This document shows, one piece after another, positions 55,280 through 64,000 of a DNA stretch of 64,000 nt (positions are counted from its first letter, which is position 1; each line of letters begins with the position of its first letter). The DNA comes from Octopus vulgaris (lineage: Eukaryota): contig OX597839.1 in assembly GCA_951406725.2 (NCBI GenBank), forward strand, positions 36,146,001-36,210,000, in the 5' to 3' direction. Below the pieces are notes generated by a model, which had not been told where the DNA came from, did not search any database, and was given only the letters and a program-made list of their open reading frames with translations. The translations under genes were made by a program, and so were the position numbers.

Positions 55280-57704
55280 TTAAAGCGAACCTCTATAACC
55301 ATGCAGCCATGCTGGTGTGATAACATTTTATCATAAAAGATAGTTGTTAATATGGAAGGGAGAGTCGTGACACCCAAACCTTTGCGAAGAATATAAGTTG
55401 TGTAAAAGGATGAAGCGTAGCAACATTAACCATGAAAGCCAAGTTGCAGTCTGAGGACTCTTTCCTGCTTTTCCATGTTGCTTGTCACTTTAATCCTTTT
55501 CTTACCATATTTCTGTCAAAATATATTGCTGTTGGTTTTTGTTTTTGTCAATTCATTTAGAAAATAAAGAATTTATTAAAGCAAATTTGTTGTTAAGCTG
55601 GTGTTTCGAACATAAATTAAGATATTTTGATGGATGGTTTTAATTTAGTTCACTTTCACCCTTTTGTTAGCATATTTTTAGTTAGCATACACTGCTTTTT
55701 AATTTTAATTAATTTTTGAAAATAATGGATTTAGTAAAACAGCTTTGTCACTATTAAGCTGGTGTTTGGGACATAGATTAACATATTTTGATGGAAGGGT
55801 TTTAATTTAGTTCACTTTGTAAGCGAAAGTTGGTGTTATGGACCAAGGGCAGTGTTGGGCAGGTTGGTATCAAAAGGGTTAAAAATAAACGTCTGGTGAC
55901 TCTAAATTACAAATCTCAGTACCATTATTATCCTCACAGCTCCTGGAAGACTCTTAAGGGCTGTAAGCACTGTCACCTGTTTTTATTTTTCTACAGATCT
56001 AACATCTAAAAAGGGGCCATTGTAAGCTGTCAATAAAGTAAACTGTACTTATTTTATTATGTTGAGCATGGTTTTTTTGTATCTTTTGAAGTTCTGTTTT
56101 GTATTCTTGTTTTAGATTCAGTATTTTTCCACTGAAGTTTTAAGTTTATTTGGTGTGCCGTGTGCTTGTAAGATCGTTAAAGAAATTCTCTCTGCTGTAT
56201 ATAAAGATAGAAGGGCCTTTATCTCTCACTGTGACTTGTTACTGCTTGTTTCATTGGCAAGAGAAGACATGTCTGTGTGAGTGAGTGAGTGTGTCTGGTT
56301 TGTATGCCGTCTTTGTTGCTCTCTTGTCTATGTTCTGCTTCAGCTCGGCCTCAACTAATGCCAAGTGCAGTGATGATTAATTAGATATGAATGTAGAGGG
56401 GTTGGGAAGGCATGTAGCTGTAATAGTTGTGTGGTTGATGTTGGGGGTGGTGCTGCTACTACCACTACTACCACCACCAGTCTGTTACTTATTCTCTTAA
56501 AACTTTGAAATATTTTTCATTGAATCACTGAATAATTCTTACAACAGCCCTTCGTCTGAAATGTTTCTAAGTTCGTACAGCTTTTCCTCACTTTCTAGGT
56601 GTGGTGATAGAGTATTTTTAGGATTATCTGTACACACACACACACACACACCATTAAATGCAGATTGGGGAAAGTTGTTTAATTTGGATGTCTGGAATTT
56701 CTTCCAGTTCACCATTGTATTAAAAAAAATTTGTCTATGTTTTTTTTAATTAAGCAACAATTTAGGGATAAACAATGGTGGGTTTTTTGGGGCACACCTA
56801 TGGTTTCACTTCAAATCCATCTAATATTGACTTTGTGGTGTTGGAGTGAATAAATAGGATTGAATATTGTTAATCCTTCTGATACCAACCCACCTGAAAC
56901 AATCCTTAGTTCTTTTACTCAAACTTCCTGTTTGAAAATAATCTGAATCAAAACCTTTCTTCAAAGTTTCCTGTTAATTTGTTACAAACACAAAATTATA
57001 TCTCTAAATTCTTCTTTATTTTCAAAATTAATTGAAACAAAAGTACCGTAAACAGTTTTGTGAACAGTAATGAAAAAAACCCCAAAAAGGTCAGTCTTCT
57101 GTTATCTGCTGTTTTAAAATTGTATGTTTATTGTTAGCCCAGATTTATTGAAAATTCAAAAGTATTAAATGATGACAATGGTTAGTAATGAAGTTGAGGA
57201 AAGTCTTGGAATCGCTTTCGAGAATTTGTAAAATATTCACCGGAAGAACTAAAGACCTAATCCTTTAAGCCTCTTTGATCCTGAGAGATTTCACGAAAAT
57301 TAAAGTGTGAAATAAAGTTTTAGTGTTTCAGTGTTTGAATGTGGTTCAGATAAGGGACAAGAACTGTGAATACAAGTTTAATAATATAATGAGTGAAATG
57401 TTCACCTGGAAGATTTATTTATTGACTGGATTGTATTGGTAAACAATACCTTGTTGGTAGAATCATGCATTCATTGAATAATTCTGAAATCCATTTAGTT
57501 TTAACTTCAGAAAATTGTTTTGTCAAATAAAAATGTTTTAAATCTGATTTGTTGAAGAAATGCTTGTATATTATATAATATCAGTCTTAGTAACAATTAG
57601 GCATCGTTCTTCTCCATTCATGAAACCAAAGTCTTATATCACGATTTCATTCAAAATTTAAATCAAATTTGTAGGTTTAAAGAATTTAAAAATTTCTATG
57701 TAAG

Positions 57705-58072
57705 GCTGTGTGATTTAGAAGTTCACTTTTGCAACCACATGATTTTGGGTTCTGTCCCATTGTGTTGCACTTTAGGCAAGTGTCTTCTATAGCCCCAGGC
57801 TGACCAAGGCCTTGTGAAGGAATTTGGTAGGCAGAAACTGAAGAAGCCCATCGCGCGCGTGTATATGTGTGTTTTGAATGTATGTTTGTCCTCTCTGTCT
57901 GGCAACCAGTGTTGGTTTGTTTACACCCTTGTAATTTAATAGTTTGATACTAGCGATCGATAGAATAAGTGCCAGACATAAAAGACAATTACTATGGTAG
58001 ATTTGTTTATCAAACCCTTCAAGGCGGTGCTCCAGCATGGCTTCAGTTCAGCAACTGAAACAAGTAAAAGAT
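57705..58072 (+). mobile_element. SINE family A, older CpG-depleted copy
   Basis: ggctgtgtgatttagaagttc...gggttctgtcccattgtg...gcggtgctccagcatggc...ctgaaacaagtaaaaga. Similar decayed copies lie at ~28610-28935, 48648-49110, 49365-49640, 50810-51230 and 60290-60470. Confidence 0.8.
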
Positions 58073-61000
58073 AGAAATGTTTTACTCAGTTTTTTTTTTT
58101 TAGATCATTCGTTTTTTGTTTTTTTTTAACGCTTTTCTCTATTTCTATTTTAAAATATTTGTGAAGCATATTACTTTTTTGTGAAATGAATATTTTATGA
58201 AGTAGATTCTGTTTTGTCATGTTGACAAGTTTGGCAACATATTTGTTGACTGCTGAGTGACCTTAAAATGTGTCATGTCTGGAGAGAGGGAGAGGGGGGA
58301 GGTTTGTGGTGGTGGTGGTGGTGGTGGTGGTGGGGTTGTTGAACAATTTGGTGAGATAAAACTGCTTGCTGTGTCATATGGAAACAGATCTAGGAGAGTT
58401 TGTTCCAAATTGCAGAATTGTGCATTCGTTTATAATTGTATTTAGGTGCTGTTTGAAAGGAATACCATTTAGTTTATATGAGTTTTTAGCCCCACCCATG
58501 TTTGGTGGATGTGAAAATATGCAATCAGCACTATTTTTACAACAGCTTTGGAATGAAAATGCTGCCAAAGCAGCTGGAATCTACCATTCTTTCTTTGCAG
58601 ATTACATAAGTGTAGATTCAGTGTAGAATAATCAAAGAAGTAGGTAGTTGCTATCTTGATGTTGTTATGTCTCTGTACTTGCCATACACTGCTATGTGTG
58701 AGTTCGTCCTCATCATCAGCATCATTATCTTGATCTTCTTCATCATCATCATCATGGGCAGATGCAAATGCTTTCTCTTGTTACAGTGTGCTGTGGGTTT
58801 TCATTTTCCTTGGCTGGTCTTTGATAGTTTTTATCTTCGGTTCAGGTTTTACATTCCTGTTTTTGCCACTGGGCTGGGCCAGACAAGTGCTGCTAGCTAA
58901 AGGCTGACAATGTTAGCCTAGTCTACAAAAATTATATAACATCTTAAACATTAGGAAAAAAAGCTGTGTAGTCTAGTTAGATAGTCAATTATCACACCTG
59001 TTATGTAATCAAATTAATCTGGCTTACTTTGCTAATAATACATACATACACACACATGTGTGTGTGTATGTATATATAACATTTGAGCTAATGAGAAAAA
59101 GAAAGCAAGCGGGGGTTTGTCTAATCCATACCAGTATGAGAGAGAATTGAGCTAAACAATGATGGGTGGTGACAGTTGCAATGATGTTGATAATGGCCAA
59201 GTAAACATTGAGAGAGGATATTATTTACTTGGTGAGGTTTGGTTGGTTGGAAGTTCGATATTCAACCAACATTAATTACAATTACAGAACTGCCTTTATT
59301 AATGCAGTTAAGGCAATATAAATATTACTGTATACGCCTGTCCTCGTTTATCACGGGGGTTTAGTTAAAAAGAAAAGACAACAACCAAATAATCCAGTGA
59401 TAAATGAATCATCTCTGTGCACTTTATAAAGGGGACAAATGGTAGATTCAGTGCCACCCACTTTAGTCCGACAGAATCTTTTTATTCCACTGTCACATAA
59501 TTTCTTGGTCCTCTCTACCTTTTCCAGTAGAGAATTATAGTCATCTGTGTCATTCATTAATGCCAAACTTGCAGCCTGCAGTAACAAAGCATCCTCTGTT
59601 ACATATTTTCTTGATCATCTTTACCGTTTCTTGTAGAGAATTATACTCATCTGTGTTATTTGTTAGGATGAATCATCTTTGTATTTTCTTCTGTATGTGT
59701 AAATCCAGATAAAAAAAACAATGTAGTTTTGCAGAATGGTGTGTGTAAACACAAGCGATGCTTCCTTCAGGGGAGCTGAGCATTGCAAGTGTTTGCTAGG
59801 GTCTGTCTGTGCTGTACAAGCAGACTCTTCCACTGATCTCCAACCTTGTTATCACTGATCAATCCACGATAAATGTATCATGGTTCACAATAATTGATTG
59901 CACCAGGTTATCTTGCATCGGAGATGAATGTGGCTACACGTGGAATATTTATAGTGTAAAGGCACTGGCTGTGATGTTTTATCTTAGAGAAACATCTCAA
60001 AGAGACTTGTTTGTTTAAATAAAAACAAAAAAAAACACAGGTTGTTTGTAACTTCATCATCATCAATATGATTAGCATCTACTTTCCATGCTTACGTGGA
60101 TTGGATGGACTTTATTGAGGCAGAGTTTCTACGACCAGCTGTCCTTCCAACGTTCACCTGTTTTCACACAAGGCGATATTTCTCCATGACCAGATGTGTT
60201 CTTGCAGGATATTGGAAGTGAATGATGCTGCTTGTGGGACAATGACAACCATTTGCAACCATCACACTCACACAGTCAAGACAAGGGGACACATGCACAC
60301 ACATATTTACATGGATGCATGGTAGGGTTTATGTCTACCGTATCCAGTCGCAAGGCTTTGGTTGGCTCAGGGGCTATAGTAGAAAACGCTTGCCCAAGGT
60401 GCCATGCCATGCAATGAGCTTGAACCTGAAACTATGTGGTTGGGAAGCAAACTTAACCACACAGCCACATTTGTGCTTGTCTATACATTCTACATGTTAA
60501 TCATTCCAATCTAATGACTGCTTCAAGTGTATATATTGATTACTGCTTTTCTTTTTGTGATATAAATCCAATATATATCTGAAGTAATATAGTTTATACA
60601 CAGCAGTACTTGTATTATATCGTGATGATGATGATGATGATGATGATGTGACATAACTGACAGCTTGTTTTCTCTTTGCTGAACTGTTGGTAATTTTATC
60701 TCTGAGTCTGAACTACTAATATCCCTCCCCTCGGTACAGCATTACTATTTGTTGTTCTCTAGTAGTTTCTAGTAATTCTTAGAGATTAGTTTTTGACTTT
60801 CTAAACTTCCCCTCCGTCACCACATCCTCTTCATTGTAAACCTCTACAATTAACTTACTTAATTGGATGAGTTGAAAGCCGAGCTGTTGACAAACGAACG
60901 AGCGCGATTCGTTTGTTGATTGCGTTTTATCTGAACTCCTGACTGAGGGGAGTTGGCCATCATAGAGTGAGTCACGAGTTAACAGCTTCCTTGTTTTTGT

Positions 61001-61265
61001 ATTGATATTGTTTAAAGAGTTAAGTCAATGTTTTCCCCCCTCTTCCTCCCCCCTCTCTCTTTGCATTTCGAAAGAGTTCAATGAGAATTGAAACCTCTCT
61101 CATGATATATGTTATATATGAGTTACAGCAATAATAACTTGTTTAATTCACAATAGACCTTTCTAAAGTAACATGTACAATCAATTATTGGTGTCAGGAG
61201 TGGGTGAAAATCATCTAAAAATTCAAAACCGTTGTTTCTTCATAGTTTTGCTTTATATTTAAATA

Positions 61266-61638
61266 TATTCTCTAGAAAAACGCCGCCGCTGTGGTGATCT
61301 CGTTCTCGCCCAGAGCATCATAAGCGGAAAGTGTAACCTCTTGAAAGAGCTGTTCTTCACTCCTGCTCCAGAGCGTCGGCTGCGGGGTCATTCCGAAAAG
61401 CTCTACCTGCGACGATTTCATCTCAATCGAAGGAGAGGGGCTTTCTCCGTCCGGGTTGCGGATCCGTGGAACAAGCTGCCAGACGAGATGGTGAAGATGC
61501 CGACGACCACTTTGTTCAAAGCCTCCCTTGACCTCAAGTGGCCTGAACTCTTTACATGAACACCACACTGTACTTAACTCCATGTCCCCCTACGTGGCCT
61601 TGCTATTTGCTTTTGAGCCAAATTAACTAACTAACTAA
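61266..61638 (+). mobile_element. 5'-truncated CR1-clade LINE: end of ORF2 plus 3' UTR
   Basis: Open frame YSLEKRRRCGDLVLAQSIISG...RLRGHSEKL...RRGAFSVRVADPWNKLP...FKASLD (CR1 C-terminal signature), stop at 61559, (ctaa)n tail, candidate TSD taaatat. CpGs retained. Confidence 0.9.
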
Positions 61639-62224
61639 ATATTGCCAGTTTCAATTTCGATGTTGCTTGGGTTATTCTTGATCAGAAGCAATCTTGGACT
61701 GGTATAATAATCGGTCACTTTTTTGCCTTGTAGTTCTTTGATACTGGACACTACAACTTTCCCTTAAGTGATACAATTTTTCATTCTAAAATTTTCACCT
61801 TGTGTTCTATAAGGACGTGTCAATTAAATAATGGTATCTTTGATCATGCAGAAAATGAAGATTTACTTGCAACTATTGCATGAAGTTTTAAATGCAGATG
61901 CTGCTGTGTTAAGCTAAATTTGCAACCAGTGTGGGTTCAGACCGTCATTTTTTTTCTATTATAGCCTTGGACCACTCAAAGCCTTGAGACTAGTCATGGT
62001 GTTTCATGCCTGTAAATGTCACTGTTATGCTAGCAGTGTCCATTTCCAATCTCTTGTGAAAATTCGGGGAAATAAGTGAAGGCTGGTGAAAGGCAGGATG
62101 GCTGTAGAAAATCCACCTGTAATTCTGTTCTACCCATTCCTCAGTGGGAAGGTGGTCTTGCTCATCCCCCACCTAACAACCAATAAAAAAACTGGATATA
62201 AGTACTGAAGTCAATTTTGTTAAA

Positions 62225-62524
62225 ATCAAAATCGTAATCTATCAACATCAATGGAATTTGTAGCTGTGATACCAGTGCCGGTGGCATGTAAGAGAACCAT
62301 CCGAACGTGGCCGTAGCCAGCCTCGTCTGGCACCACCTGTGCCGGTGGCACGTAAAAAGCACCCACTACACTCACGGAGTGGTTGGTGTTAGGAAGGGCA
62401 TCCAGCCGTAGAAACACTGCCAGATCAGACTGGGTCTGGTGCAGCCTTCTGGCTTCCCAGACCCTAGTTGAACCGTCCAACCCTTGCCAGCATGGAAAGC
62501 GGATGTTAAACGATGATGATGATT
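62225..62524 (+). mobile_element. Octopus short retroposon with a (GAT)n tail (family D)
   Basis: gagtggttggtgttaggaagggcatccagccgtagaaac...ccaacccttgccagcatggaaagcggatgttaaacgatgatgat. Related decayed copies lie at ~50115-50290, 52170-52215, 53780-53890 (minus) and 60055-60200 (minus). Confidence 0.75.
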
Positions 62525-63354
62525 TATAATGTCTTGTTAATATTTCATCACACAATACCAGTAATTACATGGCAATTTTGTACTTTTTACTGTTACTATA
62601 GTTTGATATTGCTAGTGTACTTCAATAGTGTATTCTGGTTTTGTACTTTGTTAGTGTATTCTGGTTTTGTACTTTATATTGTTAATAATGTGTGGGTTTA
62701 ATTTTCTATGTTACATCGTTAGTGTATTCCAATTTTGTACATTATATTAATAATGTGTTCCCTAGAAATTCCTACCCAGTCATCCTGAATACATCTGATG
62801 AGTTTGGTCAGTTAAGTTATTCTGTTTACCCGTCGAGTCTGTAGAACTGTTCCATTTGGACCCTTATAATACCCTGCAATATTGCCTCCCAGTGTGGTTG
62901 GCATTCTATTTCACTACAGAATTTTTTTTCTCTTCTCTTCCCTGCCTCTATAATAATTTAACCTTTACAACTGAAACCCATTCTCCACCCCCACCAGATT
63001 CTCTCTCTCTTACTTAAATGTTAAACATTTGAGATTCTTTTTTTTCTATTTTCATGTGTTTTTGTCAGTGAATGCTAGCTTAAGATATTCATCATGAAGC
63101 ATACTTTTCACAATTTTCAAATGGAAATATATCCGTGTATGAAGCAATTCACATTTTTTACTGTTCGGATTGATTCAATACTATTTGGCCATCAGCATAG
63201 AAGTGCTGGCTGTCTGATCACTGAACTATACTGCTCCTATTTATAATGTGCTTTATCGATTATTTTCTCAGTTTTCACCAGTCGAGAATTGCTTTTCTCT
63301 TTTTTTCCTTTTTTTAGCTTACAGTGAATATTTAATGTCGAAACTACCAACAAC

Positions 63355-63396
<42 letters not shown>

Positions 63397-64000
63397 GAGT
63401 CTTTCTGAAAGATTTCTAAGAAAGACAGGCTAAACTATTACTGAAAAATATTCTAAATATCCAGTGTTGTGTTTTTGCTCTGTAGACGTTCATCAATATT
63501 CTACTGGTGCTTCAAGTAACTCTACTGCTCTTTAAGTAATTAGCCAGTTGCAGAACGAATAAGAAAAGGTTAAAAATTGATTTATCAAACACTTTATGTC
63601 ATCTGAGCAATTTCAAATCTTCCATCTTTCCAAGATTTCCTTTGCACAGCTTGACAGTATTTCGTATTTCGGTATTGATTTTCTTCTAAAAAGCTATTCG
63701 AGACAAATGCTTTGACTACAGTGTGATTTAGCTAACCCTTTGTGTTTGTGTGTGTGTGCTGGTATGGCTGTGTGTATATATGCACACACGCATGCACTCT
63801 TTTGCGTTCTATAATGTGAATTTTCTTCTTCTTTTTTTTCTCCCAATTATCGCCTCTGTAGCAGCTCCATATAAGGGTTGGCAGTGAAGCTGTGTGGTTA
63901 TTATAAATGAAATATCTGGAATTATTTATGTTGTGATCCTACATAACTCTCTCCGTATTAACGAGCTTTGATAAACAGATGTGTTTTCATATCACCAACA

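Overview
Eukaryotic, AT-rich, microsatellite-saturated genomic DNA. The repeat families point to an octopus (Octopus sp.) genome; this is recognition of the tRNA-derived SINEs, not a database result. Almost all ORFs in the supplied track are artefacts of (TA)n/(TG)n/(GA)n and trinucleotide repeats. Two real protein-coding exons are visible, arranged head-to-head about 13 kb apart. (1) On the minus strand, a 586-nt first coding exon (20351-19766) of a metal-dependent amidohydrolase of the dihydroorotase-like/COG3964 (Atu3266/EF_0837-like deacetylase) type. (2) On the plus strand, an 83-nt first coding exon (33357-33439) of spen/SHARP/MINT (MVRQTRYLLVGNIPEKLTKEKITEHFK), which the ORF track misses. 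The spen exon is preceded by a ~1-kb ATG-free trinucleotide-repeat leader that ends in a tight uORF cluster. No further exons of either gene were recognised, so most of the window is probably intronic. The rest is a layered transposon record: at least four SINE-like families, 3' fragments of RTE and CR1 LINEs, two non-autonomous Helitrons, hAT, piggyBac and Tc1/mariner MITEs with clear TSDs, nested insertions, and Penelope-like fold-back remnants, one carrying a near-complete minimal hammerhead ribozyme. CpG content and microsatellite density fall sharply at about 43-44 kb. I found no CRISPR, rRNA, functional tRNA or prokaryotic system, and I cannot claim a wholly new biological system. The best leads are the hammerhead fold-back, the spen leader/uORF architecture, a possible internal spen promoter and the bacterial-type amidohydrolase.
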